DNA from: Gemmatimonadota bacterium
GTDB lineage: Bacteria; Gemmatimonadota; Gemmatimonadetes; Gemmatimonadales; GWC2-71-9
Length of the DNA stretch: 64,000 nucleotides
Direction of reading: 5' to 3'
Assembly (NCBI GenBank): GCA_040388535.1
Contig: JAZKBR010000005.1
Coordinates: 2,938-66,937, forward strand
Translations under genes and position numbers: made by a program
The notes under the pieces: model-generated
Database searches by the model: none
What the model was told of the DNA's origin: nothing
The model's input: the letters and a program-made list of their open reading frames with translations, nothing else
In this document: positions 44,740 to 53,485 of the stretch, piece after piece
Layout of the letters: every line of letters starts with the position of its first letter
How positions within the stretch are numbered: the stretch's first letter is position 1

Positions 44740-45945
44740 ATGTCGGCACCACCCGCCCGACCTGCGCGCCTTCGCCACCCCATATTCGCACTCGGCGCTC
44801 TCGCCACCTTCGCATTGGTGGTGGGGCTCGGTCTCGCCGAGGCGCTCGTCCGCGGATACCAGCGAATCTGGCCGAAGCGAGATCGTGCGTATATCCGCTA
44901 TGAGGGGCCGACGCTGGCCCTTCCCGATACCCTGCTCGGTTGGCGACCACGCCCCGATGCCACCGTGACCCTCCGGTCGCCAGAATACCAATCAACGCTG
45001 CATACGAACAAGTTCGGTTTTCGCTGGACCGCCTGGGATTCGCTCGCCGCTTGTCGGGTTGTCGTGATCGGCGACTCGTTCGTGGCCGGGAATGCGGTAG
45101 ACGCGGACTCACTGTTCTGGGCAGTGGCAGCACGAGAATCGCACTGCAGCGTCGTCGGACTGGGGGTTGAGGGATACTCGACGGATCAGGAACTTTTGCT
45201 GCTGCGCGAGTACCTGCCGATGCTGCGCCCGACCGCCGTGGTGCTCGCGTTCTATGACAATGACATCTGGAATAACCGCGAGGCGAGCTGGGAGGGCCAC
45301 CGCAAGCCCCGATTCGAATTTCATAACGGCAACCTGACGCGGGTAGCAGGATCCGCTGCTCTCACGGAGCACCCCTCGCTGCTGACTCTCCACCAAGTGC
45401 CGCAGGAGAGTCAGCGAAACAGCAAGCGAGGGTGGCTGGCACGTCATTCCAGGTTGTCCCAGCTGATAGCGAGCGTCGTCAGCCCCGCGCGTCTCGATGT
45501 CGCCAGCGCGATGCTGGTGGCGCCATTGCGCGACGAGATGCGGGTCTACCACACGCCCTTCGATCCGGACATCGCGGAAGCGTGGGTGGTGACCGAGGCC
45601 CTGATCCGGGAGATGGCGCGGGATGCTGCCGCGGCGGGAGCGCACCGATTCCTGCTCCTTCACGCGCCGTTGCGGGAGACAGTCACACCGGTTCAATGGC
45701 AGGCGGCCGCTGAATTCTGGCGAATGGGACCGGACTGGACGCCCCGCTCCGTGCAGGCCGAATTGCAACGGGTCTGCCTTGCGAACGCGATAGCCTGCCT
45801 CTTTCCGGCGGAGGAGTTACGTCGCCTGCAAGAGTCCGGCACGCCGGCATACTTCCTCGGCGATCCCCACTGGACGAATGCGGGTCACCGGGCCGTAGGG
45901 AGAGTGCTCGCTTCCGCGCTGAGGCCTTATCCTTCAGCGCAATGA
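44740..45945 (+). CDS. SGNH/GDSL-like hydrolase family protein (AlgJ/AlgX-like DxHW motif)
   Basis: The ATG at 44740 gives an N-terminal TM segment (IFALGALATFALVVGLGL). VVVIGDSFVAGN and a C-terminal GDPHWTNAGH follow. Confidence 0.68.
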   Translation: MSAPPARPARLRHPIFALGALATFALVVGLGLAEALVRGYQRIWPKRDRAYIRYEGPTLALPDTLLGWRPRPDATVTLRSPEYQSTLHTNKFGFRWTAWDSLAACRVVVIGDSFVAGNAVDADSLFWAVAARESHCSVVGLGVEGYSTDQELLLLREYLPMLRPTAVVLAFYDNDIWNNREASWEGHRKPRFEFHNGNLTRVAGSAALTEHPSLLTLHQVPQESQRNSKRGWLARHSRLSQLIASVVSPARLDVASAMLVAPLRDEMRVYHTPFDPDIAEAWVVTEALIREMARDAAAAGAHRFLLLHAPLRETVTPVQWQAAAEFWRMGPDWTPRSVQAELQRVCLANAIACLFPAEELRRLQESGTPAYFLGDPHWTNAGHRAVGRVLASALRPYPSAQ

Positions 45946-47108
45946 TCCCCACATCACGCCGGTGGCCACTCCTCTCCGCAGCCCTGCTGGCGGTGCTCGG
46001 GTGCAGTCGCGAGCTCCCCAAGGACCCTCCCATGCGAAAAGAGTCGCACTTCTCGCGCGCGCCGTTCGATACCATCCCCGGTGGTCGGGAAGTCGAGGTC
46101 TTCACGCTCGTCAATGATCTCGGCATGGAAGTCCGCGCGATGTCGTACGGCGCCACCATTCTTTCGATCAAGGTGCCCGATGCCCGTGGCACATTCGATG
46201 ACGTGGTGCTCGGCTACGATTCGCTCGCAGGCTACCTCAAGGACTCGCCCTATTTCGGCGCCGCGGTCGGGCGCTTTGCCAACCGGATCGCGAAGGGGCG
46301 CTTCACACTAGACGGCAAGCAGTACACCCTCGCCGTCAACAACGGCCCCAATGCCCTGCACGGCGGACTGCGCGGCTTCGACAAGAAAATCTGGTCCGCC
46401 GATCGTGTCAGCAGCGACAGTGGCATCGGCATCGCATTCACATTGGTGAGCCCCGACGGCGACGAAGGGTACCCCGGCACGCTCACGGTGCGGGTGACCT
46501 ACACGCTGATGCGAACTCGCAATGAACTGGTGATCGACTACGAAGGCGCCACCGACAAGCCGACGCCGGTCAACCTCACCAATCACAGCTATTTCAATCT
46601 CGCCGGGGCGGGGAAGGGTGATATCCTCGGTCATCAGCTCACCCTCGAGTCCGATAGCATCACCCCGGTGGACGCCACACTGATTCCCACCGGCGCCGTT
46701 ACCAGCGTGACAGGGACACCCTTCGACTTCCGCACTGCCACCGCCATCGGCGCGCGCATTGACGCAGACGACGAACAGATCCGGCACGGCCACGGCTACG
46801 ATCACAATTTCGTGATCCGGCGCAAGGCCCCCGGGCTGCAGCACGTCGCGCATGTGGTGGAGCCCGTCAGTGGGCGCACTCTGGATCTCTCGACCACGGA
46901 ACCCGGCGTCCAGTTCTACACCGGCAACTTCCTCGATGGCTCCAACGTGGGGAAGGGCGGCACGCCGTACCCGCGGCGCGGCGCCTTCTGTCTCGAGACG
47001 CAGCACTATCCGGATTCACCGAATCACGCGAACTTTCCCTCGACGATCCTCCGCCCGGGCGACATCTACCGCTCCCGGACGGTCTACAGCTTCGGCATCG
47101 TGAAGTAG
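45942..47108 (+). CDS. galM: Aldose 1-epimerase (mutarotase)
   Basis: GRFANRIAKGRFTLDGKQYTLAVNNGPNALHGG, NLTNHSYFNL and HGHGYDHNF. ATGA overlap with the upstream gene. Confidence 0.92.
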   Translation: MIPTSRRWPLLSAALLAVLGCSRELPKDPPMRKESHFSRAPFDTIPGGREVEVFTLVNDLGMEVRAMSYGATILSIKVPDARGTFDDVVLGYDSLAGYLKDSPYFGAAVGRFANRIAKGRFTLDGKQYTLAVNNGPNALHGGLRGFDKKIWSADRVSSDSGIGIAFTLVSPDGDEGYPGTLTVRVTYTLMRTRNELVIDYEGATDKPTPVNLTNHSYFNLAGAGKGDILGHQLTLESDSITPVDATLIPTGAVTSVTGTPFDFRTATAIGARIDADDEQIRHGHGYDHNFVIRRKAPGLQHVAHVVEPVSGRTLDLSTTEPGVQFYTGNFLDGSNVGKGGTPYPRRGAFCLETQHYPDSPNHANFPSTILRPGDIYRSRTVYSFGIVK

Positions 47109-47156
47109 CACGACGCTCCCGTCGGGGAGCGGCAGGTCAACCACCACGGAGGTTCG

Positions 47157-48080
47157 ATGGGTTCGATCATGCTGGGCGGTTTCCTGTTGCTCGCGGCGCT
47201 CGTGGTCCGCGCCTCCGGAGGGAGTCTTCGCAACGCCGGCGTCAAGGCATCCGGTGCGCTCTTCAACCTCGTGGCTCTTGGCCTCTTTGCCGTGGGCGTC
47301 GTGATCCTCTTCAGCTCGAGCTTTGTGGTCATCGACGCCGGCCAGGTCGGTGTGCGCCACGCCTTCGGCAAGGTCGACCCGATGCCGTTGCAGAGCGGAG
47401 TCCGCTTCGTCTCGCCCTGGTCTTCGGTCGAGCGCTACAGCACGCGCGAGGAGCAGTGGCCCAGCGAGCGCACCGGCGCCGAGTCGATGGACGCGCTCTC
47501 GAATGAACAGATGAGCATGAAGATCGACGCCGCCGTTCGCTGGCAGATCGATCCGATGCAGGCGCCGAAGATCTTCCTCGAGCTCGGCAACGAAGATCAG
47601 ATCCGGAATGTGGTGGTGAACGCCATTCGCAAGGGCGTCCGCGACGGCATGGTGCAGTTTTCCATCAACGACATCTCGAAGCGCAATGCCATCGCCAGCG
47701 CGATGGAGTTCCAGGTCGACAGTGCCCTCCTCACCCGGCCGCGCGCCGGCGGCGAGCCGTTCCGGATCGCCAAGATCACGGCCTTCTACCTCCGCAATCT
47801 TGAGCCGCCGGCGCAGGTCGTGGCCGCGATCAACAACAAGATTGCCGCCGACCAGCAGATCGAGACCGAGAAGCACAAGGTCGAGGTCGCCCGATTGCAG
47901 TCGGATCAGCAGCGCTTCCTGAATCAGACCCTGACGCCTGAAGCCCTGATGAAGCAATACCTCGAAGTGCTTCACGATATGCGGACGTCGAACAATCTCG
48001 TGGTGCTGGTGCCGACCGAGGGCGGTGTCCCGCTCCTCGATATCGGCACGCTCAGGAAGAATCTCAACAAGCCGCAGTAG
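47157..48080 (+). CDS. SPFH/band-7 (prohibitin-like) domain protein
   Basis: An N-terminal TM segment, then VVIDAGQVGVRHAFGKV and an SPFH core. Confidence 0.88.
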   Translation: MGSIMLGGFLLLAALVVRASGGSLRNAGVKASGALFNLVALGLFAVGVVILFSSSFVVIDAGQVGVRHAFGKVDPMPLQSGVRFVSPWSSVERYSTREEQWPSERTGAESMDALSNEQMSMKIDAAVRWQIDPMQAPKIFLELGNEDQIRNVVVNAIRKGVRDGMVQFSINDISKRNAIASAMEFQVDSALLTRPRAGGEPFRIAKITAFYLRNLEPPAQVVAAINNKIAADQQIETEKHKVEVARLQSDQQRFLNQTLTPEALMKQYLEVLHDMRTSNNLVVLVPTEGGVPLLDIGTLRKNLNKPQ

Positions 48081-48087
48081 TGTTGCG

Positions 48088-48120
48088 CGGGAGCGTAGCA
48101 CTACGGTAGCCGCGCTCCCG
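48088..48120 (+). terminator. Candidate hairpin after SPFH gene
   Basis: CGGGAGCG (48088-95) pairs with CGCTCCCG (48113-20) across a 17-nt loop. There is no U-tract. Confidence 0.3.
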
Positions 48121-48217
48121 AACACTCCCGATACCGCAACACACCTGCCCGAGGAAACTTTCCTGCACGATCCGGACGCTCCGGACCGTGCATCGAAAGC
48201 CTCACTTGGGAGAAGGT

Positions 48218-50401
48218 ATGCGAACGCGGATGTTGGGACTGTTACTCGGAATCTGCTGCACACCGGCACGTCACCTTGCTGCACAAACCGACTCGACGCG
48301 CCATCGCGCCGATACCACACTCAAGCTCACTCGCCTGGCACCCATCACCGTGAGCGCGACCCGCCTCGAGACTCCCGTCTTCCGCGTCGCGACGCCAGTG
48401 CTCGTTGTTGATTCCTCGGTCATCCGGCGCGAGTCGCCCAACGGCATCGCCGACCTCTTCCGGAATCTCCCAGGGGTCGATGTCACGGGGGTGGGCCCCA
48501 ACCAGGGGCGGCTTATCATCCGTGGCCAGCGCGGTCAGCGGATCCTGCTCGCGGAAGATGGCCTTCGACTCAACAACGCCCGGCGACAGCAGGACTTCGG
48601 CGAGCTTCCGTCGCTCACCGACGTCAATACCCTCTCGCGCGTGGAGATCGTTCGCGGCCCGGCATCGGTTCTCTACGGCACCGATGCCATCGGCGGGGTC
48701 GTCAACGAGATCACCTTCGACACGCCGGGCCGGGGTCGCCAAGGTCTCTCTGGCTCCGCCCTCTACCGGCATTCGTCCGCTGACGACCAGAACCTCGGGC
48801 ATTTCCGGCTGAGTGGCCGCGAAGGTCGACTGGGCTTCGTTGCGTCGATGTCGCTTCGCGATGCGGACGACTATCTCGCACCTGCTGGTTCGTTCGGCAA
48901 CTTGACGCTTGGCGCGACGCAGCGCGTCAATGACGCGGGGGTGCGCGACCAGAACTACGGCGCCAAGCTGAGTTACGACGTAGGCGAGCACGGCTCGGTG
49001 GCACTCAAGGTCACCCGATATGTGGCGCGTGACGCCGGGTTCGGTTACGTCAACCCGACCGCGCTTGGTGATACCTCCGGCGTGCTGGTGCGATTGCTCT
49101 ACCCGAATCAGGTCGTGAACCGCGTGACGGCATCTTACCGGGCGACATCGCTGCCCTGGGGCATCGCCGACCGGCTGGCCATCGCGGCGGTGACCGGTGG
49201 TAACACTCGCGATTTCGATCAGCAGATCGACATCCCGTTTGGCGCGCCGCTGCCTCCCACTGCCGGGATGCAGATCCGAAGCCACAACTTCACCGACATC
49301 GATAACTACGGCGCCCGTCTCGAACTGACCAAGATCCTCGGCGGTCGGCACACCTTGGTGTACGGCGCCGACTGGTATCTCGATCATTCGGTGAACACCG
49401 ATTCCAGTCAGACGACAACCACGGTGTTCGGTCCGCCCACGGTGAGGAACTCGAGCACTCCGTCGCTCCCGAACGCGAGCTACGCCACGGCCGGCGCCTT
49501 TGCGCAGACTGAACTCGGGCTGACTCCGCGACTGATGCTGTCGTTGGGCGCCCGCGCTCAGACCATCCACGCCTCAACCGCGGCGACGCCGGGTCTGCCG
49601 GCGAGTCGAGCCGGGGTGACGTCGTCGAACGGCACTGTTGTGGGAAACATCAGCGCCCGTTTCGCCGTGTCGTCGCGGCTGAACCTCGTCGGTACCGTCG
49701 GGCGAGGCTTTCGTGCGCCGAACCTGATCGAACGCTACTTCGACGGCGCCACTCCAGAAGGCAACGGCTACCAGGTTGCCTCGCCGGATCTCGCTCCGGA
49801 GACGAGCCTCGACACCGACCTGGGCTTCAAGTTCCGCTCGGGGCGCGTGTACGCCGAAGCGATCTGGTTTACCAACAGTATCCGCGACGGGATCCGGATC
49901 GTCCCGCTCGATTCCACCGTCGGTGCCTTCCCGGCCTTCCAGAACCAGAACGTCGCACGCCTGCGCGACCGTGGCGTCGAGGCGCTGGCCGAAGTGACGA
50001 TCGGCCGGGGCTTCGCTCTGCTGGGGCACCTGACAACGCTCACCTCGAAGAACGTGGACCGCAGCAATCCGGTGGGCGACAGCTATGGCAGCAAGGTCGG
50101 TGGTGAGCTCTCGTGGCGTGAGGCGAGTGGCCGCGTGATGCTCGCCTACGAGATCCGGCATCAGGGCGTCCGCAAGGACATCGACCTGGGCACCAGTCCG
50201 GTGGGAGCGGAGCTTCCAGCATTCACCGTGCAAGCTGTACGGGCCTCGCTCCGGTTGCCGCGCGTGGGCAATGCGGTGCCCGAGCTCGACGTGAGTGTGA
50301 ACAACCTCACCAATCGCCTCTATGCCGAGTCCTCTAACACCTCGTTCTTCCGGCCCGAGCCGCGACGGAGCCTCACCACGGCGCTGCGGCTGGACTTCTG
50401 A
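48218..50401 (+). CDS. TonB-dependent outer-membrane receptor
   Basis: The ATG at 48218 follows GGAGAAGG. Signal peptide, plug domain (IEIVRGPASVLYGTDAIGGVVN), a beta-barrel and the terminal aromatic motif LRLDF. Confidence 0.92.
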   Translation: MRTRMLGLLLGICCTPARHLAAQTDSTRHRADTTLKLTRLAPITVSATRLETPVFRVATPVLVVDSSVIRRESPNGIADLFRNLPGVDVTGVGPNQGRLIIRGQRGQRILLAEDGLRLNNARRQQDFGELPSLTDVNTLSRVEIVRGPASVLYGTDAIGGVVNEITFDTPGRGRQGLSGSALYRHSSADDQNLGHFRLSGREGRLGFVASMSLRDADDYLAPAGSFGNLTLGATQRVNDAGVRDQNYGAKLSYDVGEHGSVALKVTRYVARDAGFGYVNPTALGDTSGVLVRLLYPNQVVNRVTASYRATSLPWGIADRLAIAAVTGGNTRDFDQQIDIPFGAPLPPTAGMQIRSHNFTDIDNYGARLELTKILGGRHTLVYGADWYLDHSVNTDSSQTTTTVFGPPTVRNSSTPSLPNASYATAGAFAQTELGLTPRLMLSLGARAQTIHASTAATPGLPASRAGVTSSNGTVVGNISARFAVSSRLNLVGTVGRGFRAPNLIERYFDGATPEGNGYQVASPDLAPETSLDTDLGFKFRSGRVYAEAIWFTNSIRDGIRIVPLDSTVGAFPAFQNQNVARLRDRGVEALAEVTIGRGFALLGHLTTLTSKNVDRSNPVGDSYGSKVGGELSWREASGRVMLAYEIRHQGVRKDIDLGTSPVGAELPAFTVQAVRASLRLPRVGNAVPELDVSVNNLTNRLYAESSNTSFFRPEPRRSLTTALRLDF

Positions 50402-50424
50402 TGCCGGCCTGAGCGAGTTGACCT

Positions 50425-50450
50425 CGGCGGCTTCGCAGAGGAAGTCGCCG
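50425..50450 (+). terminator. Candidate hairpin after the TonB-dependent receptor gene
   Basis: CGGCGGCTTC (50425-34) pairs with GAAGTCGCCG (50441-50), with one G-U pair and a 6-nt loop. Confidence 0.35.
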
Positions 50451-50538
50451 CTAGCCCGGGGGAAGGCTTTCCGGTACTGTTGTGGATCCCCGCAGGCCGC
50501 CCGTTCCTCCAGATCCCGATCCCACCCGGAGCCGCGCC

Positions 50539-50961
50539 ATGTCGATGGTCGACGAATTCAAGGAATTCGCCCTCAAGGGCAATGTGATGGATCTCGCCGT
50601 CGGTGTGATCATCGGCGGCGCGTTTGGAAAGATTGTCGATTCGGCAGTCAATGACTTGATCATGCCGGTAGTCGGGAAGGCCGTCGGCGGGCTCGACTTC
50701 GCCAACAATTTCATCACGCTTGGGGATGTCCCGGCCGGTACCGCAAATACCCTCGCCGGAATGAAAGCCGCCGGTGTCCCCGTCTTCGCGTGGGGGAACT
50801 TCCTCACCATCCTGATCAACTTCCTGATCCTGGCGTTCATCATCTTCCAGATGGTCAAGATGATGAACCGGATGAAGCGCGCCGCCCCGCCCGCTCCACC
50901 GGCCGCCACGCCCGAGGACATTCTGCTGCTGCGCGAGATCCGGGACGCGGTGCGCAAGTAG
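50539..50961 (+). CDS. mscL: Large-conductance mechanosensitive channel
   Basis: [35 protein letters not shown] is the canonical MscL N-terminus. Confidence 0.95.
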   Translation: MSMVDEFKEFALKGNVMDLAVGVIIGGAFGKIVDSAVNDLIMPVVGKAVGGLDFANNFITLGDVPAGTANTLAGMKAAGVPVFAWGNFLTILINFLILAFIIFQMVKMMNRMKRAAPPAPPAATPEDILLLREIRDAVRK

Positions 50962-51055
50962 GCGGTGCGGTGCGGCTTCACCTTCCGGTATCGTCTCTTG
51001 GGGAGGTCCAGGGCAAGACACGCTCTGGCAGTCACCCACCTCAGGAGACCACCGG

Positions 51056-51223
51056 ATGTCGTTCGGACTGTATCTCGTCGGAGTACTCGTGGTGCTCGCA
51101 GGTGTTGCCTGGGCACTCACGCTCGCTGGCGTTGCGACCAAGTACATCGTGATTGCGGGCCTCGTCATCGTCGGATTGGGAATCATCACGGGCGTATCGC
51201 GCACCCGGACCAAGGACGTCTGA
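51056..51223 (+). CDS. Small (55 aa) two-TM hydrophobic protein, not in the supplied ORF track
   Basis: The ATG at 51056 has AGGAGA 9 nt upstream. It translates to MSFGLYLVGVLVVLAGVAWALTLAGVATKYIVIAGLVIVGLGIITGVSRTRTKDV. The stop is TGA at 51221-23. Confidence 0.5.
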   Translation: MSFGLYLVGVLVVLAGVAWALTLAGVATKYIVIAGLVIVGLGIITGVSRTRTKDV

Positions 51224-51241
51224 GGCTCCGGCGGGCGCCGG

Positions 51242-51583
51242 CTAGGCGATGATGTCGATCGTAGCGGCTCCGGCGGGCTGGCGCTCCTCGGCGGCGATCG
51301 GCCTGCTGGCAATCGGGCCGACGCGCAGCGGTCGCAACTTCACCGGCATCGCCATCAGTCGGGACAGGGTTTCCTCGATGACGGCCAAGTCCCGCATCTG
51401 CTTCGGGGTAAGCACGACGGATGGGTCCGTTACGTCGACCGGTTGGGAAGGCGCCCTTCCCATACCCTGACCCGACCCCTGGACTACGGGCTGCGCCGAG
51501 GCGCCGACCGCCTCGACAGGAGGGGTGGTCGGAGAGACGCGGTGCTTCGCTGTCAGGCTGAACGAGCTGGACTCGATCCGCAT
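51242..51583 (-). CDS. Hypothetical protein (113 aa), weakly supported
   Basis: Start taken at the internal Met (MRIESSSFSL...), because the longer track ORF runs antisense through tRNA-Arg. There is no SD and no recognisable domain. A 73-aa plus-strand ORF competes for the same sequence. Confidence 0.35.
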   Translation of the reverse strand: MRIESSSFSLTAKHRVSPTTPPVEAVGASAQPVVQGSGQGMGRAPSQPVDVTDPSVVLTPKQMRDLAVIEETLSRLMAMPVKLRPLRVGPIASRPIAAEERQPAGAATIDIIA

Positions 51584-51627
51584 GGGGGGATTATCGGCCG
51601 CCCCGGCAGGACCTTTAGTGGCCGCCC

Positions 51628-51656
51628 TTGTCACGGTTCCGATCCCCAAGTAGGGT
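51628..51656 (+). promoter_or_regulatory. Candidate promoter upstream of tRNA-Arg
   Basis: TTGTCA (51628-33), a 17-nt spacer, then TAGGGT (51651-56), 11 nt before the mature tRNA 5' end. Confidence 0.3.
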
Positions 51657-51667
51657 ACGGCGTTAGC

Positions 51668-51741
51668 GCGCCCGTAGCTCAGCTGGATAGAGCACCTGGC
51701 TTCTAACCAGGGGGTCGCAGGTTCGACTCCTGCCGGGCGCA
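51668..51741 (+). tRNA. tRNA-Arg (anticodon TCT)
   Basis: The acceptor stem pairs GCGCCCG with CGGGCGC. The D-arm is GCTCAGCTGGATAGAGC, the anticodon loop CTTCTAA and the T-arm GCAGGTTCGACTCCTGC. Confidence 0.93.
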
Positions 51742-51759
51742 CTCCTCGAGTGGAGCACC

Positions 51760-52143
51760 ATGAGCGACGATCTCTTTGCCTCTCCCAAATCCCGCCTGAC
51801 GACCCAGCTCCTCGCCATTTTCCTGGGCGTATTCGGCGCGCATCGTTTCTACGTCGGGAAAACCCAGAGCGCGATTTTTCAGGCGCTGACCCTGGGAGGT
51901 TTCGGCCTCTGGTACGTCTACGACAACATCGTGATCGCGGCCGGGTCTTTCCGTGATGCCGAGGGGATGCTGGTAGCCAACTGGGAACCCGAGAGCGATC
52001 GCCTGGTCCCTCCCGGGACCGCAGCTGCCATCCTCGATGAACTCGACGCCCTCCGAGCGGAAGTGAGTGAGCTTCACGAACGGGTGGAGTTCACCGAACG
52101 CCTGCTCTCAAATCCGGACCAGCCTCGCAACGATCGCCAGTGA
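51760..52143 (+). CDS. TM2 domain-containing protein
   Basis: LLAIFLGVFGAHRFYVGKT...GGFGLWYVYD is the TM2 signature. The C-terminus forms a coiled coil. Confidence 0.85.
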   Translation: MSDDLFASPKSRLTTQLLAIFLGVFGAHRFYVGKTQSAIFQALTLGGFGLWYVYDNIVIAAGSFRDAEGMLVANWEPESDRLVPPGTAAAILDELDALRAEVSELHERVEFTERLLSNPDQPRNDRQ

Positions 52144-53480
52144 GCAACGGGGCGGGCACCCTCCGCTCGCTGCTCCGACTCTCGCTCCCGATTGTGGGTG
52201 TGAACGTTGGAATGGTGCTGATGGGCGCGGTCGACACGCTGATGGTGGGTCGCCTCTCGCCTGAGGCGCTCGCCGCGGTCGCCATCGGCAACGTCTACTT
52301 CTTTGCCCTGTCGATGTTCGGGATTGGCGTTCTCCTCGCCCTCGATCCTGTTCTGACGCAGGCACTCGGCGCGCGCGATCAGCACGCCGCCGCTCGGTCC
52401 GTGCAGCGCGCCCTCGTGGTCGCATTTCTCGTCGCGATTCCCATCGCCACCGCACTGTTGCTCGGGGCGCCGGCGTTCCGGTTCTTTCGCCAGCCGGCCG
52501 ACATTGTTCCGCTCGCCGGCATCTACTGCGACATCATGGCCGTGAGCATCGTGCCATTCCTGCTCTTCAGCGTGGCGCGCCAGACGCTGCAGGCGCTTCA
52601 CCGCGTCGGCCCTGTCGTCTGGACCATCATCGTCGCGAACCTGCTGAATCTCCTGTTCAACTGGTTGCTGATCTACGGCCACTTCGGGTTGCCCGCGATG
52701 GGTGTCGCGGGATCCGCGTGGGCCACCACATTGTCGCGCTGCGGCATGCTGCTGATGGTGTACCTGCTCGCATCACGAGATTTCAAGACAGTGTTGCGCC
52801 CGTGGCACCGCGATGCACTCGAACGGGCCCCACTGCTCGCGATGCTTCGGCGTGGTCTCCCCATCGGGCTGCAGATCGAACTCGAGATGCTGGCGTTCTC
52901 GGTGGTCGCGATGCTGATGGGAACCTTCGGGACGGTGCAGGTCGCCGGGCACCAGATCGCCCTCAACCTGGCCTCACTGACCTTCATGGTGCCGATGGGT
53001 GTCGGGATGGGCGCCACGGTACTGGTGGGCCAATCGGTCGGGCGCGATGACGTGGCGGGTGTCCGAGCCTCAGCCCGGAGCGCGATCCTGCTCGGTGGCG
53101 GCTTCATGGCGCTGATGGCGCTGGTCTTTCTCCTCCTGCCGCGCGCTCTCGCCTCGGTCTACACCAACAACGCACCGGTGATCGCCTTCGCTGCCATTCT
53201 GCTCCCGATCGCTGGCGTGTTCCAGGTGTTCGATGGCCTGCAAGTGGTCTGCATCGGAATCCTGCGCGGACTGGGCGACACCAGGGCACCGATGTTCATC
53301 AACCTGCTCGGCTTCGGCGTCATCGGGATCGGCGCCTCCCTCACGCTCGCCTACCGGACGCCACTCGGCGCCGTGGGGCTCTGGTGGGGACTGGTCATCG
53401 GCCTCGTGGTGGTCGCGGTCACCTTGATGCTGCGCGTCAGGGTCGCTCTTACGCGGCCGTTGCAACGAATCCACCACTGA
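52140..53480 (+). CDS. MATE family efflux transporter
   Basis: A 446-aa, 12-TM protein with LSLPIVGVNVGMVLMGAVDTLMVGRL and GILRGLGDTRAPM. GTGA overlap with the TM2 gene. Confidence 0.92.
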   Translation: MSNGAGTLRSLLRLSLPIVGVNVGMVLMGAVDTLMVGRLSPEALAAVAIGNVYFFALSMFGIGVLLALDPVLTQALGARDQHAAARSVQRALVVAFLVAIPIATALLLGAPAFRFFRQPADIVPLAGIYCDIMAVSIVPFLLFSVARQTLQALHRVGPVVWTIIVANLLNLLFNWLLIYGHFGLPAMGVAGSAWATTLSRCGMLLMVYLLASRDFKTVLRPWHRDALERAPLLAMLRRGLPIGLQIELEMLAFSVVAMLMGTFGTVQVAGHQIALNLASLTFMVPMGVGMGATVLVGQSVGRDDVAGVRASARSAILLGGGFMALMALVFLLLPRALASVYTNNAPVIAFAAILLPIAGVFQVFDGLQVVCIGILRGLGDTRAPMFINLLGFGVIGIGASLTLAYRTPLGAVGLWWGLVIGLVVVAVTLMLRVRVALTRPLQRIHH

Positions 53481-53485
53481 AGCAT

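Noticed and set aside
44466-44740. tRNA-Pro, and also tRNA-Arg at 51668, as integration sites of a genomic island.
   Set aside because: There is no integrase, no direct repeat of the tRNA 3' end downstream, and the flanking genes are ordinary metabolic or housekeeping genes with the same composition as the rest of the window.
48081-48217. A riboswitch (for example cobalamin or another metabolite) in the 137-nt leader of the TonB-dependent receptor gene.
   Set aside because: I saw no B12-box-like or other conserved riboswitch core sequence. The only clear structure is a simple hairpin just after the upstream stop, which is better explained as a terminator. A covariance-model scan would be needed to be sure.
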